A stretch of 64,000 nucleotides of DNA, taken from the NCBI GenBank assembly GCA_965263355.1, contig CBDHHL010000032.1, positions 3,264,001 to 3,328,000 of the forward strand, written 5' to 3'. The notes under the pieces were generated by a model. That model was given only the letters and a program-made list of their open reading frames with translations. It was not told where the DNA came from and searched no databases. The position numbers were made by a program, and so were the translations under genes. This document shows positions 50,473-61,177 of the stretch, piece by piece (the first letter of the stretch is position 1; each line of letters opens with the position of its first letter). This stretch comes from Leptolyngbyaceae cyanobacterium (lineage in GTDB: Bacteria; Cyanobacteriota; Cyanobacteriia; Phormidesmidales; Phormidesmidaceae).

Positions 50473-51588
50473 ATGGCAAATTTCATTTTTGCCCAACCCT
50501 TTGAGCTGAACCTGGAAAACTCGGGTACTAACCTTTTGCTTCTTTCGACAGTCACTCAGCAAACGTCCACCAGGTTCGTTTTTGATGATGGTACGGGTCG
50601 AATCGTATTTCAGGGAACTAATATCACCTACAACGGTAATCTCAATAATGGTGGTGCGGTAACAGGCGGCACCATACAAGCCTTTCTGGTAACTAGCAAT
50701 TTTCTCGGCAATATTGTATTTGCTAATGGTTTTGGCAGTACAGTAGCCGCAGCCCAGGTTTTTAACTTCCTGAGTCAGGGGCAAGAAGCAAATCTCTTCA
50801 GTTATTTATTTCGGGGTAACGACAGATTTGTTGGTTCCCTAGGTGGCGATATTATGCATGCCTATGGTGGGAATGATCTCTTACTTGGCAAAAATGGGGA
50901 TGATAAAATCTTTGGTGATGCTGGTGATGACCGAGCCCTGGGAGGGTTTGGCAACGATACTCTAGTGGGAGGCATTGGCAATGACCGGCTCTTTGGCGAA
51001 GCTGGCATTGATGTTTTATATGGTCAGGTGGGCAATGATGTCCTAGGAGGAGGATTAGGCAATGATGTACTATTCGGCCAAGCTGGTGAGGATGTACTGA
51101 TTGGAGATGATGGACGGGACCAGCTGTTTGGCGGTGCAGCACTTGACCGTCTCTTTGGCGGTGCTGGCAATGATATTCTTACAGGCGGTGCTGGTAATGA
51201 CGTCGTTAGAGGTGGGTTTGGCGATGACGTATTAAATGGAACTGACGCTACGTCTGCCGGTAATGGTGAACGTGATATCTTGTTTAGCTCTGATTTAAAT
51301 GATAGTGACACCTTTGTTTTGGGCGTTAATGGTACACCTTTTTATAACGACCAAGGCAACAATGATTATGCCCTTATCAGAGATTTCGATCTCTTTGATT
51401 TCCCAGGAGACATAGCAGACCGCATTCAGTTAGAAGGGAACGCCAGCTTCTATAGCCTTAGCAATGTCTCTGTAGGCGGTGTGAGTGGTGCAGGCATTTT
51501 TGACTTTGGTGATCTTGTTGGGATTATTGAAGGAATCAATGCTAGTCAGCTTAGCTTGACAAATTCTGACCAATTTGTCTACGTCTAG
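50473..51588 (+). CDS. RTX-type Ca-binding repeat protein (paralog 1)
   Basis: Many GGxGxDxL nonapeptides; no classical signal peptide; ends QFVYV. Confidence 0.9.
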   Translation: MANFIFAQPFELNLENSGTNLLLLSTVTQQTSTRFVFDDGTGRIVFQGTNITYNGNLNNGGAVTGGTIQAFLVTSNFLGNIVFANGFGSTVAAAQVFNFLSQGQEANLFSYLFRGNDRFVGSLGGDIMHAYGGNDLLLGKNGDDKIFGDAGDDRALGGFGNDTLVGGIGNDRLFGEAGIDVLYGQVGNDVLGGGLGNDVLFGQAGEDVLIGDDGRDQLFGGAALDRLFGGAGNDILTGGAGNDVVRGGFGDDVLNGTDATSAGNGERDILFSSDLNDSDTFVLGVNGTPFYNDQGNNDYALIRDFDLFDFPGDIADRIQLEGNASFYSLSNVSVGGVSGAGIFDFGDLVGIIEGINASQLSLTNSDQFVYV

Positions 51589-51846
51589 GATTTCAATTTT
51601 TGAATGCACGGAAATTGAAAATCCATAACAGCGAGAGTCACCATACAGGTGTAATAGCCTTAAATGGTGACAAGCTGCTAAGGCTATCGCTAAATCCTAG
51701 GTGATAATGAGCATCTCATTTTTCAGTCTCTTTCATTTTCTTCTAGGCATGAAGCTTTTCCTAAAGCATGTCAATGTTTTCTGCTTCTACAGCACTCATT
51801 CACCTCGAAATACCCCCAAATCCATACAAGAAAAGAGGACTTCAAA

Positions 51847-52965
51847 ATGGCAAATTTCATTTTTCTCCAGGCCGCTTTTATGCTCGCAGAAGAGCCAGTT
51901 TTCGGCCCTGTCTTTCCTCCTAACATAATTCAGCGCACCTCCAATCGGTTTGTTGTGGAGGATGATGCTCAGTTTGCATTGCGAGGTCGTTTTGTTTTTC
52001 AGGGTAACAACTTTACCTACAGTGGTAATTCCAGTAGCAGTAATGTTACGGGTGGTAACGTGACAGCCATGCTTTTATCCACGAATTTTTCAGGTGACTT
52101 TCTCTTTGTTAATGGTTTCGGTAACACAGCCAGTGCACCCCAGGTTTATAACTTCGTGAGACAGGGGCAAGGAGTAGCTCTCTTCACTTATTTAGCTCGG
52201 GGTAATGACAGATTTGTTGGTACATCCGATAGTGATGTTATGCGTGCATTTGCCGGGAATGACCTTTTACTTGGTAAAGGTGGGAATGATACGCTTTTTG
52301 GCTACAGTGGTAATGATCGAGCCCTGGGAGGGTTTGGCCAAGACACGATGCTAGGGGGGCCTGGCAATGACCGATTTTATGGAGAATCCGGCAATGATTC
52401 TCTTTATGGTCAGGCAGGCAATGACGTTCTAGGCGGAGGCTTAGGCGATGATTTCCTATCTGGAGAAGGTGGCACAGATGTGATTTTCGGTGACGATGGC
52501 AACGATCAGCTGCTGGGGGGGATTGGCCTTGACCAACTCTACGGCGGCAACGGCAATGACACGCTTACGGGTGGCGCTGGTAATGACGTCCTTAGAGGCG
52601 GGGCTGATAATGACATATTAAACGGAACCGATTCTACAGCCGCAGGTAACGGTGAACGCGATATCTTATTTAGCTCTACTTCATTTGATAGTGACACCTT
52701 TGTTTTAGGCGTTAGTAATACGCCTTTTTACAACAACCAAGGTAACAACGATTTTGCTGTTATCAGGGATTTCGATACCTTAGGTTTTGCCACAGATATC
52801 ATTCAGTTAGAAGGGTCAGCTAGCTTCTATAGCCTTAGCAATGTCTCTATAGGTGGTGTGAGTGGTGCAGGCATTTTTGACTTTGGTGATCTTGTTGGGA
52901 TTGTCGAAGGAATCAATGCTAGTCAGCTTAGCTTGACGAATTCTAACCAATTTACTTATGTCTAG
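51847..52965 (+). CDS. RTX-type Ca-binding repeat protein (paralog 2)
   Basis: Same architecture as paralog 1; divergent N-domain. Confidence 0.9.
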   Translation: MANFIFLQAAFMLAEEPVFGPVFPPNIIQRTSNRFVVEDDAQFALRGRFVFQGNNFTYSGNSSSSNVTGGNVTAMLLSTNFSGDFLFVNGFGNTASAPQVYNFVRQGQGVALFTYLARGNDRFVGTSDSDVMRAFAGNDLLLGKGGNDTLFGYSGNDRALGGFGQDTMLGGPGNDRFYGESGNDSLYGQAGNDVLGGGLGDDFLSGEGGTDVIFGDDGNDQLLGGIGLDQLYGGNGNDTLTGGAGNDVLRGGADNDILNGTDSTAAGNGERDILFSSTSFDSDTFVLGVSNTPFYNNQGNNDFAVIRDFDTLGFATDIIQLEGSASFYSLSNVSIGGVSGAGIFDFGDLVGIVEGINASQLSLTNSNQFTYV

Positions 52966-53029
52966 GATTTTAATTGCTGACTGTATGGAAATTGACAATC
53001 CATAACAGCGAGAGTCGCCCTACAGGTTT

Positions 53030-53065
53030 AATAGCTTTAGCTGATTGCAACCAGCTAAAGCTATT
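53030..53065 (+). terminator. Hairpin downstream of RTX paralog 2
   Basis: AATAGCTTTAGCTG-ATTGCAAC-CAGCTAAAGCTATT perfect 14-bp stem; homologous hairpin at 51654-51687. Confidence 0.65.
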
Positions 53066-53654
53066 GTCAAATTCTAGGTGGTGGTGAGCATGTATTCTCC
53101 TGTGAACCAAGCAAACAATAGGAAATCAAAGCGGGTCAGTGTCTCATCGCCTTGAGGGTGCCTTTTAGAGGTAATTATTGTTTATCAAAAAAATATTAAT
53201 TAATAGTGAACTAGTTGCTATTTCTTTGAAAACTTTGTGAATTAGCTTTTTTTTACTTTATTTCAAGCAGGAAAAAACCTGATAGTAAAGAAAGTGTATA
53301 CTCTGTTCACTAGAGCACCCGTATCTATACTGAGAACTCAAAGGCTCTAGCTGGGGGCTAACCTTTGGTAGTCAAATGACGATCTGCCGAATCGCTTAGT
53401 TTTGTTATCAATGCTATCTGTCATGGCACGCGTGTATGCAAAGGCTAATAAGCCTTTTGCTGACTATTGCAGGCTCTTGAAAATTTTAAATCCGATGCCT
53501 CATTCATGACTTACTGAACGTCCACCTTCTTTTTTGCATTTCGTTCTAAATACCGTTTTTTGATCAAACGAGCAGTTGCTTGTTTGTAGTTTTTACAGCT
53601 TTATTTCACCTCGAAACACAACATCAATCTATATAAGGAAAAGAGGAAATTCGA

Positions 53655-54773
53655 ATGGCAAATTTAATTTTTGTCCAGCCCTATGACATGAGCGTACAGG
53701 GCTTAGGATATGACACCTTTGATTTTTTTGTTACTCAACAAACGTCCAATAGGGTTGTTGTTGATTTTGGTGATGATCGAGATATATATACAGGCAGTAA
53801 CATTACCTACAGTGGCAATCTTAATACTGGTGGTATAGTCACTGGTGGTACTATCCAATCTCTGCTTTATACCGGCAATTTTACCGGTCCTGTTCTGTTT
53901 GCTAATGGTTTTGGCAATACGGTAGGGGCAGCCCAAGTTGCTAATTTTCTGAGTCAGGGGGATGGTAACGCCCAAGGTCTTTTCAGTTACGCATTTCGGG
54001 GTAATGACAGATTTGTTGGCTCGCCAGGTAACGATGTTATGCGTGGCTATGCAGGGAATGACCTCTTACTGGGCAAGAATGGAAATGATGGAATCTTTGG
54101 CTACAGTGGCAATGACCGAGCACTGGGAGGGTTTGGAAACGATACTCTAGTGGGAGGTCTTGGCAATGACCGATTCTTTGGAGAAGCTGGCATTGACGTG
54201 CTATTTGGCCAAGATGGCAATGACGTCCTAGGCGGTGGCTTAGGCAATGACGTTCTCTATGGTCAAGCTGGTGTGGATGTGTTGATTGGTGATGGTGGCA
54301 ATGACCAGCTTTTTGGCGGTGACGGACTTGACCGTCTCTTTGGCAATGCTGGCAATGATACCCTTATAGGCGGTGCTGGTAATGACGTTATTAGAGGTGG
54401 GATTGGCGATGACGTATTAAATGGGACTGACTCTACGTCTGCCGGTAATGGTGAACGTGATATCTTGTTTAGCTCTGATTTCAACGATAGTGACATCTTT
54501 GTTTTGGGCGTTAATGCTACACCTTTCTATAACGACCAAGGCAACAATGATTATGCCCTTATCAGAGATTTTGACCTCTTTGATTTCCCAGGAGATATAG
54601 CAGACCGTATTCAATTAGAAGGGAACGCCAGCTTCTATAGCATTAGCAATGTCTTTATTGGTGGTGTGAGTGGTGCAGGCATTTTTGACTTTGGTGATCT
54701 CGTTGGAATTGTCGAAGGAATCAGTGCTAGTCAGCTAAGTTTAACGGATTCTACTCAATTTATTTACGCTTAG
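53655..54773 (+). CDS. RTX-type Ca-binding repeat protein (paralog 3)
   Basis: Same architecture; C-half nearly identical to paralog 1. Confidence 0.9.
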   Translation: MANLIFVQPYDMSVQGLGYDTFDFFVTQQTSNRVVVDFGDDRDIYTGSNITYSGNLNTGGIVTGGTIQSLLYTGNFTGPVLFANGFGNTVGAAQVANFLSQGDGNAQGLFSYAFRGNDRFVGSPGNDVMRGYAGNDLLLGKNGNDGIFGYSGNDRALGGFGNDTLVGGLGNDRFFGEAGIDVLFGQDGNDVLGGGLGNDVLYGQAGVDVLIGDGGNDQLFGGDGLDRLFGNAGNDTLIGGAGNDVIRGGIGDDVLNGTDSTSAGNGERDILFSSDFNDSDIFVLGVNATPFYNDQGNNDYALIRDFDLFDFPGDIADRIQLEGNASFYSISNVFIGGVSGAGIFDFGDLVGIVEGISASQLSLTDSTQFIYA

Positions 54774-54929
54774 GGTGTCAGGTGCTATAGGCCTAATATA
54801 GTAAAGCAACCCGCACTAAGTCCAATGCAGGCAGTATTTCATGAATCAGTAATAATAAGTGGCTGAGTTGAAACCTGTCGCCACCTATGTGTGGGTTGCC
54901 ATACCAAATAACTCTGCTTAGAAAGAACA

Positions 54930-54969
54930 ATCTCACAGGTTGTAATCCTTTGTGATTACCCTGTGAGAT
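54930..54969. terminator. Hairpin between convergent RTX paralog 3 and ruvB
   Basis: ATCTCACAGG..GTAATC / GATTAC.CCTGTGAGAT nested inverted repeat. Confidence 0.55.
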
Positions 54970-55144
54970 CGGGCACTAAAGTCTGTCATATCAACATTGA
55001 CTGCATCCCTATAGGGTGAATAATACAAAATTGCTGCACAAGCTTGCTTCAGGTTTAGGGATGGGTAGATACTGTCAATTTTCTATTTAATTTGAGTTTA
55101 TAGAACTATTGTGCCCTACTTTGTAGTACTTGCGCCTATGTAGC

Positions 55145-56311
55145 TTACATTAACGATAGCTGATCCTTGCCATCATCAGAGTCTGGCTTGACTTCTGACT
55201 TAAATACTAATGTGAGACGCTCAGGTACCTCATAGCCCAAATGTTTCCAGGCAGCTGGTGTGGCAATCCGGCCCCGCGGTGTGCGTTGCAAATAGCCAAT
55301 CTGTAAAAGATAGGGCTCGTAGACTTCCTCAATCGTCTGAGCATCTTCCCCAGTAGCCGCCGCCATAGTATCCAGCCCCACTGGACCACCATTAAAGTTT
55401 TCAATCATGACCGATAGTAACCGTCGGTCAGTCCAATCTAGGCCACAAGGGTCCACATTAAACAGTTCTAAAGCATCCCCAGCAATTTGCTCGGTAATCG
55501 GTCCCGATGCTTTCACCTGTACATAGTCCCGAACCCGCTTGAGTAGACGGTTAGCAATACGCGGTGTGCCCCGTGCCCGACGGGCAATTTCCATTGCTCC
55601 CGGTTCCTCAATATCAGTTTTAAGTACCTTGGCCGTACGCAGAATAATGCTGGTTAGCTCATCTAGTTCATAAAACCGCAACCGTTGGATTAAACCAAAG
55701 CGGTCTCTTAAAGGCGATGTCAGCGCCCCTACTTTGGTCGTTGCGCCCACCAGGGTAAACGGCTGGAGTGGAATACTGCGAGTTCTGGCACTTTGCCCCT
55801 TACCGATAGTGATATCCAGTCGAGCATCTTCCATGGCCGGGTACAAAATTTCCTCGGTAACCCGTGATAGACGATGAATTTCATCAATAAATAGAATGTC
55901 TCCAGCTTTGACGTTGACCAGTAGACCAGCAATATCCCGAGGCCGCTCTAAGGCTGGCGCAGTTGTGATTTTGCAATCCACCTTCATTTCCTGGGCCAAA
56001 ATCAGAGCCATGGTGGTTTTCCCAAGACCGGGTGGACCATAGAGCAATAAATGGTCCAATGGTTCCTTACGGGATTGCGCTGCCTGAATCGCGATTTGCA
56101 GCACTTCTTTGAGCGCTTTTTGGCCAATGTAGTCCTGCAAATTCTGGGGCCGAATACCGTCTTCATTACGACTCACCTCATCGGGGCGTGCCGAACTTTC
56201 TAACAGCTGGTTTTTTTGACCGGTTTGCGGTGTTTGCTTTGCTGGCTGCTTTTCAGGCTTGTGATCGTCTGGCTGATTTGCTTCCGGCTGTTTGGACGAA
56301 ATAATGGCCAT
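55145..56311 (-). CDS. ruvB: Holliday junction branch migration helicase
   Basis: [50 protein letters not shown]. Confidence 0.97.
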   Translation of the reverse strand: MAIISSKQPEANQPDDHKPEKQPAKQTPQTGQKNQLLESSARPDEVSRNEDGIRPQNLQDYIGQKALKEVLQIAIQAAQSRKEPLDHLLLYGPPGLGKTTMALILAQEMKVDCKITTAPALERPRDIAGLLVNVKAGDILFIDEIHRLSRVTEEILYPAMEDARLDITIGKGQSARTRSIPLQPFTLVGATTKVGALTSPLRDRFGLIQRLRFYELDELTSIILRTAKVLKTDIEEPGAMEIARRARGTPRIANRLLKRVRDYVQVKASGPITEQIAGDALELFNVDPCGLDWTDRRLLSVMIENFNGGPVGLDTMAAATGEDAQTIEEVYEPYLLQIGYLQRTPRGRIATPAAWKHLGYEVPERLTLVFKSEVKPDSDDGKDQLSLM

Positions 56312-56395
56312 GACAATTCAACCAACGATTTAAATACATAGATGTTGCTGCTTCTCTAAGTCTATGAATTGGCAACAACAAATGTACTATATCGC

Positions 56396-56803
56396 TTAAT
56401 AAATCATCACGCGTCCGTCGTTAACAATGTGTACAGCACTATCGTTGACAGCACCACTGGGTAATAGCTCAATCTGCAAGATATCTGTTGCTGGTCGATG
56501 CAGTTTGACTTCGATGGGGCGCTGGGCAGCTTCCCAAAATACAACCGATAGATCGCCGATGCCGATTTGGGCGTCAATGGTGATCATTTGATCGGGCCAC
56601 ATGCCATAGGGGGCAAAGTCTAAAACACGTTCGAGGCTGACTCGCCCACCAGTATGATTGACGACTTGCAGCCTAACTGCTTGCCCAGGGGCAAATTGGA
56701 TTTCATCAGAGCCGCATCGATAACTGCATTCAGATGCTTGGACTGCTGTATTTGCTGTAGCTATGACCAGGGCAGAGCCCAGAAAGAGTAATTGTTTAAG
56801 CAT
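56396..56803 (-). CDS. Secreted hypothetical protein
   Basis: GGAGG RBS before MLKQLLFLGSALVIA signal peptide; beta-rich mature part. Confidence 0.7.
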   Translation of the reverse strand: MLKQLLFLGSALVIATANTAVQASECSYRCGSDEIQFAPGQAVRLQVVNHTGGRVSLERVLDFAPYGMWPDQMITIDAQIGIGDLSVVFWEAAQRPIEVKLHRPATDILQIELLPSGAVNDSAVHIVNDGRVMIY

Positions 56804-57215
56804 GATGACTTCCTCCATCAATAGAAGACTACAAATCAATGGAATGTGTTCCATTGATTAGCTTGTGAAGTCTGGCCGACTATCGTTGAGCTGGACAACG
56901 GTTGGCCAACAATATTGCTTTATAATTCCCTGGAAAATACAAAAATAACTAAACCAACCAAGTTGGGATCTATCAGCTCTGATGCGGGAAAACGACCTTT
57001 CTGGACATTGACAAGTTTTAATGTCACTGATGAACTTGCATGTCTTTGTTCTAGAAAGTTACTTGACTAGGTAATATCTGAGTACAGTACTTTTGCTTTC
57101 GATGTGCTGGGCCGAATGAAGCCATTGGCGGATTTCAGCTTGCGGAACAACCAGATCTGCCGTAGTCGTCGAAAAGTCGTTAAAGTAAACTAATGTAAAC
57201 GTTTCTAAGGTAAGT

Positions 57216-58391
57216 ATGCGCGTACTCCTGATGACTGGAAAGGGCGGCGTTGGTAAAACGTCGGTGGCGGCGGCAACGGGGCTACGTTGTGCTGAACTAG
57301 GTTATAAAACCTTAGTGCTGAGCACCGATCCAGCACATTCTTTGGCAGATAGCTTTGATATGGAGCTGGAGCATACCCCCCGTGAAGTAAAGCCTAATCT
57401 TTGGGGGGCTGAGTTGGATGCCCTACGCGAGCTGGAAGGAAACTGGGGTGCGGTAAAGCGTTATATTACGCAAGTATTGCAAGCCCGTGGTCTAGAAGGT
57501 GTGGAAGCAGAAGAGCTTGCGATTTTACCAGGCATGGATGAAATTTTTAGCCTGGTGCGGATGAAGCGTCACCATGACGAAGGTGAGTATGATGTGCTGA
57601 TCATTGATTCGGCCCCGACAGGAACTGCATTGCGCCTACTGAGTCTGCCAGAGGTGGCTGGTTGGTACATGCGCAAACTGTATAAGCCGTTTCAGGCTGT
57701 TTCGGCGGCCCTGAGACCCATTGTGGAGCCTTTGTTTAGGCCGGTGGCAGGTTTTTCTTTGCCGACCACTGAGGTGATGGATGCTCCCTATGAGTTTTAT
57801 GAACAATTGGTGGAGTTGGAGAAGGTTTTAACCGATACGGCGACGACATCGGTACGTTTGGTGACCAACCCTGAGAAAATGGTGATCAAAGAGTCGTTAC
57901 GGGCCCATGCTTATCTGAGTCTCTACAATGTAGGGACAGATATGGTGGTGGCCAACCGGATTATTCCTGATAGTGTGACCGATCCATTCTTTAAACGGTG
58001 GAAGGAGAATCAACAGATTTATCGCCAGGAAATCCATGATGATTTTCGCCCCCTACCTATAAAGGAAGTGCCTCTCTTTTCTGAAGAGATGTGTGGTATT
58101 CAAGCACTGGAACGATTAAAAGAGACTATCTACGGTGATGAAGATCCTACTCAGGTGTATTATAAAGAAACTACACTGCGAGTAGTTCAGGAGCAAGATA
58201 ATTATAGTCTAGAGGTTTATCTACCAGGTATTCCTAAGAGCCAGATTGAGCTGAGTAAGAGTGCGGATGAGCTAAATATTCGCATTGGTAATCATCGTCG
58301 TAATTTGGTGCTTCCTCAGGCCTTGGCTGCTTTACAACCGGCTGGTGCCAAGATGGAAGATGATTATCTGAAGATTAGGTTCGCTGCTTAG
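57216..58391 (+). CDS. ArsA/GET3/TRC40 family ATPase with C-terminal HSP20-like domain
   Basis: [24 protein letters not shown]-terminal [10 protein letters not shown]. Confidence 0.93.
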   Translation: MRVLLMTGKGGVGKTSVAAATGLRCAELGYKTLVLSTDPAHSLADSFDMELEHTPREVKPNLWGAELDALRELEGNWGAVKRYITQVLQARGLEGVEAEELAILPGMDEIFSLVRMKRHHDEGEYDVLIIDSAPTGTALRLLSLPEVAGWYMRKLYKPFQAVSAALRPIVEPLFRPVAGFSLPTTEVMDAPYEFYEQLVELEKVLTDTATTSVRLVTNPEKMVIKESLRAHAYLSLYNVGTDMVVANRIIPDSVTDPFFKRWKENQQIYRQEIHDDFRPLPIKEVPLFSEEMCGIQALERLKETIYGDEDPTQVYYKETTLRVVQEQDNYSLEVYLPGIPKSQIELSKSADELNIRIGNHRRNLVLPQALAALQPAGAKMEDDYLKIRFAA

Positions 58392-58443
58392 AATTTTTTG
58401 AAATCAACGTCAGATCAACAGGGTAAGTAGGGGGTCCCATCCT

Positions 58444-59235
58444 TCATAAGATAAGAAGACTGGGATCACCTACATGTTCACCAAAATAGAAGAGTTTAGT
58501 TTGGTAGCGAAAAATCAGCTGTCCTTGTTGACTATAGCGCTCAAAGAGCCGTTTTAGCTCAGTGAGCATTGTGTCATAATTTGGTGCATCTGCTTTAGGT
58601 GCATAGGAACAAGAGAGTAACCGTCCCTTTAAACCCTCGTAGTCCATTACCTGAGCATTGTCAAAGGTGCGCATACTCAGAGTGCGTGGTGATAAAAACT
58701 GGGTTAGGGTGTCATGGCTCACACGACGATGATTAACGTGTTCATAGTCTGGGCATTGGGTTTGCAGAAAATTTTCATAGGCTTGGTGGAATGGGTCATT
58801 GTCTAACCGATCATTCCAAATTAGGGCGACATGACCTGCGGGTTTGAGAATACGTTCAATTTCTTGCCGTGTTTTTGCTTGGTCAAACCAGTGAAATGCT
58901 TGACCGGCAACTATCCAATCAATCGAAGCATTGGGTAGAGTAGTGGCTTCGGCTTGCCCATGGATGCTGTGAAATTGAGGATAGCTTTGCAGAATCTGCT
59001 CTGCTGCTAGACGCATGTTTGTATTGGGTTCTACCCCATATACCGGGTTGCCATTTTCTAAAAAATGTCGGGTCAATATTCCGGTCCCTGAACCAATATC
59101 TGCTACAACATGTGTGGCTGTAAGACCATATGCTTCAATCAGGTAAGCAAATAGGGCTTTGGGATAATCAGGGCGATATTTGATATAGTCTGCTACTCGA
59201 TCTGAGAAGCGTTCCGTTGGGTTTAGGCTAGTCAT
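58444..59235 (-). CDS. Class I SAM-dependent methyltransferase
   Basis: RFSDRV..Y.KYRP.YP, ADIGSGTG, GQAFHWFD; ATGA overlap with upstream gene. Confidence 0.9.
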   Translation of the reverse strand: MTSLNPTERFSDRVADYIKYRPDYPKALFAYLIEAYGLTATHVVADIGSGTGILTRHFLENGNPVYGVEPNTNMRLAAEQILQSYPQFHSIHGQAEATTLPNASIDWIVAGQAFHWFDQAKTRQEIERILKPAGHVALIWNDRLDNDPFHQAYENFLQTQCPDYEHVNHRRVSHDTLTQFLSPRTLSMRTFDNAQVMDYEGLKGRLLSCSYAPKADAPNYDTMLTELKRLFERYSQQGQLIFRYQTKLFYFGEHVGDPSLLIL

Positions 59236-59642
59236 GACAGCGGTTTGAGTAATTGTTTGAATACATGCCACCGTGAACGGGGCCAATGGTCTACGTGGGA
59301 GCAAATTAATCCCGCTTGATTGAGTTGGAGTTCACTCCAGCCAGGGATGGAAATGCGAGGTTTCCAGGGGGTGGGGGCCGTGAAGTGTAGGGTCCATCGG
59401 GTGATAAAGGTATTTCCTTGGGGCGGTTCTACGCTATGTAGCTCTAACTCAATATTGGTAAACCATTGTTCAATAAACCCAATCATACGTTGGTAACGTG
59501 TAATACCCCGAAACTCATTCATCGGGTCTTTGAAGTACACATCGTCTGCATAGAGGTGATAGCTCTGTTCTTGGGGGAAACGGGCGTAGTCAGCTTTAAC
59601 TTGCTCAATGACAGTTTGTATTGCTGTTTCATGATTACTCAT
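59232..59642 (-). CDS. DUF2358 (SnoaL/NTF2-like) protein
   Basis: YADDVYFKDP..FRG, TRWTL, PWKP, SHVDHW. Confidence 0.85.
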   Translation of the reverse strand: MSNHETAIQTVIEQVKADYARFPQEQSYHLYADDVYFKDPMNEFRGITRYQRMIGFIEQWFTNIELELHSVEPPQGNTFITRWTLHFTAPTPWKPRISIPGWSELQLNQAGLICSHVDHWPRSRWHVFKQLLKPLS

Positions 59643-59799
59643 TGTTAGCGGCCTCGGGTGGATTGACTTCTGTGCTCAACTATTCGTCTGTCAAGAGTGA
59701 GTTTTGGGGTGGAAGAGATGATTAGCAAGATAGTTGTTATCAGTGACACACCGTTCACTACCTTATCCAAAACTGTGTTCTTGACGTGTGACTAGCCAC

Positions 59800-59826
59800 A
59801 AAAAAGAGGTGTAAATATTACACCTC
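59800..59826 (-). terminator. Rho-independent terminator of the DUF4912 gene
   Basis: GAGGTGTAA-ATA-TTACACCTC stem; A6 on + gives U-tail on -. Confidence 0.7.
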
Positions 59827-59884
59827 CCCAACTAGTTGGCATTAAATTTTGAACTCAACGAATGAGTTGATGGAATGAGTCATT

Positions 59885-61177
59885 CTAAAATGCAAACCAT
59901 TCCTCAACAGCTTCTGCCTTGATATTGGTATTGCGCTCGGGAGTCTCACGGGTGAATTTCATGTGGATGGAGCGAATGTGCTCACCATCGGCGGCTACTG
60001 CCTTAATCGGATAGTCAATTAAGCCATCCTGAAAAGACATCTGGAAGCGGAATGTGCCGTCGGGCTTAAGGTCAATTTTGCGATTACCAATGGTAACTGT
60101 TGCATCGGGCTCAGTAGCACCGTAAACAATCAACTCAGCATCCGTAGCCAACCAAAACTGGCGAGGACGACTCGGCAGAGCTGAGGCGGAGGACATCCCT
60201 GATAAGGTTGGCAGTGCCCACATACCGACACCAGAGGGGAAGACAAAGGAGCTTACTGCCTGCTCAGGTACCTGGTGCATGGAGCCAAACAGTGAGCCAG
60301 CAATCCGCTGGGCTTCCATGGCTTGAGCCTTGGCAAAGATTTCATCGTAGATGGTGTCACCCTCGATTTTCTTACTGGGTGGGGTTAGAGTCATGACGGT
60401 CTTGCCCGTCAGCTCTTCTTCCCAGTCGACAGTGACAAAGTGGTCTTCGATCCAGTCGGAGGGGTACATGGGAGGAACGTGGATAGGTGTAGACCGTGCC
60501 ATCATTAGCCAGCGACCGTCGGCAGCTACATAGCCAATTTCAGCAATGTAGTCGCGATCGCTAACGGGCACAGGCAAGAACCATTCCCGCGCCATCTCAT
60601 CACATTCATATTGCTGGAGGCTGTGGGGCGCTACAAAATTGATATCAATAGCAGTAACGTCGTAGAAACGAATAGCTAGACGGACACCCCCCTGACGGCG
60701 GATTTCTTCTTTGTGACCACCAGGGATATCCCAGTAAACGTACGCCCACTGAGGATCACGAGGCATCAGGACAATACGGCTGTCGCCATAGCCACCGGGT
60801 AAATCATCAAACCCATCATCGACGGTGGCTAGCCCTGCCTTGGTTGTGTTTGTATCAGGTTCTGTGGCAGTTGCTTCTGTGGCAGTTGCTTCTGTGGCAG
60901 TTGCTTTTGTCGCAGTTGCTTCTGTGGCAGTTGCTTCTGTGGCAGTTGCTTCTGTGGCAGTTGCTTCTGTGGCAGTTTTTTCTGCCGCAGTTGCCACAGT
61001 GGTTGTGGGAGCTGCGGTGCTTTCACCACGGGCTGCCTGAGCTAAACGAATTGCTTCGACTAATTGGACTTTCCGCATACGACTGTAGCGAGAGACTGAA
61101 TACTCACTCGCGACTAGACGTAACTGCCGCAACGTCATTTCTTCTAAAGGAACCTTTGAACCGTTACTCATTGCCAT
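59885..61177 (-). CDS. DUF4912 protein with Rho-N-like N-terminus
   Basis: LEEMTLRQLR..YSRMRK; LMPRDPQWAYVYW; FWLATDAELIVYGATEP. Confidence 0.88.
   Translation of the reverse strand: MAMSNGSKVPLEEMTLRQLRLVASEYSVSRYSRMRKVQLVEAIRLAQAARGESTAAPTTTVATAAEKTATEATATEATATEATATEATATKATATEATATEATATEPDTNTTKAGLATVDDGFDDLPGGYGDSRIVLMPRDPQWAYVYWDIPGGHKEEIRRQGGVRLAIRFYDVTAIDINFVAPHSLQQYECDEMAREWFLPVPVSDRDYIAEIGYVAADGRWLMMARSTPIHVPPMYPSDWIEDHFVTVDWEEELTGKTVMTLTPPSKKIEGDTIYDEIFAKAQAMEAQRIAGSLFGSMHQVPEQAVSSFVFPSGVGMWALPTLSGMSSASALPSRPRQFWLATDAELIVYGATEPDATVTIGNRKIDLKPDGTFRFQMSFQDGLIDYPIKAVAADGEHIRSIHMKFTRETPERNTNIKAEAVEEWFAF
60860..60977. repeat. 15-bp coding minisatellite, ~8 copies (ATATE)
   Basis: TTCTGTGGCAGTTGC tandem units; one variant unit TTTTGTCGCAGTTGC. 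Confidence 0.95.

Noticed and set aside
50304..50504. Leader-peptide ORFs before the RTX genes (also 51701-51928)
   Set aside because: Not preserved as ORFs between the duplicated leaders; likely chance frames in T-rich DNA.
50473..54773. Diversity-generating retroelement (TR/VR-like near-identical 3' regions)
   Set aside because: No reverse transcriptase in the window; differences are not adenine-specific and all copies are full genes.
57216..58391. Arsenic-resistance operon
   Set aside because: Single-domain ArsA/GET3 with HSP20-like tail is common in cyanobacteria; no arsB/arsC/arsR nearby.
49925..60550. Apparent HIP1-free stretch suggesting foreign DNA
   Set aside because: Counted by eye only and the stretch includes core genes (ruvB, arsA/GET3); may be chance.
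60860..60977. Possible CRISPR array, and alternative ORFs 60829-61029 (KQLPQ), 60844-61185 (WQLLL) and 60825-61040
   Set aside because: Units are contiguous 15-mers without spacers and no cas genes are present; the other ORFs are shadow frames of the coding repeat.
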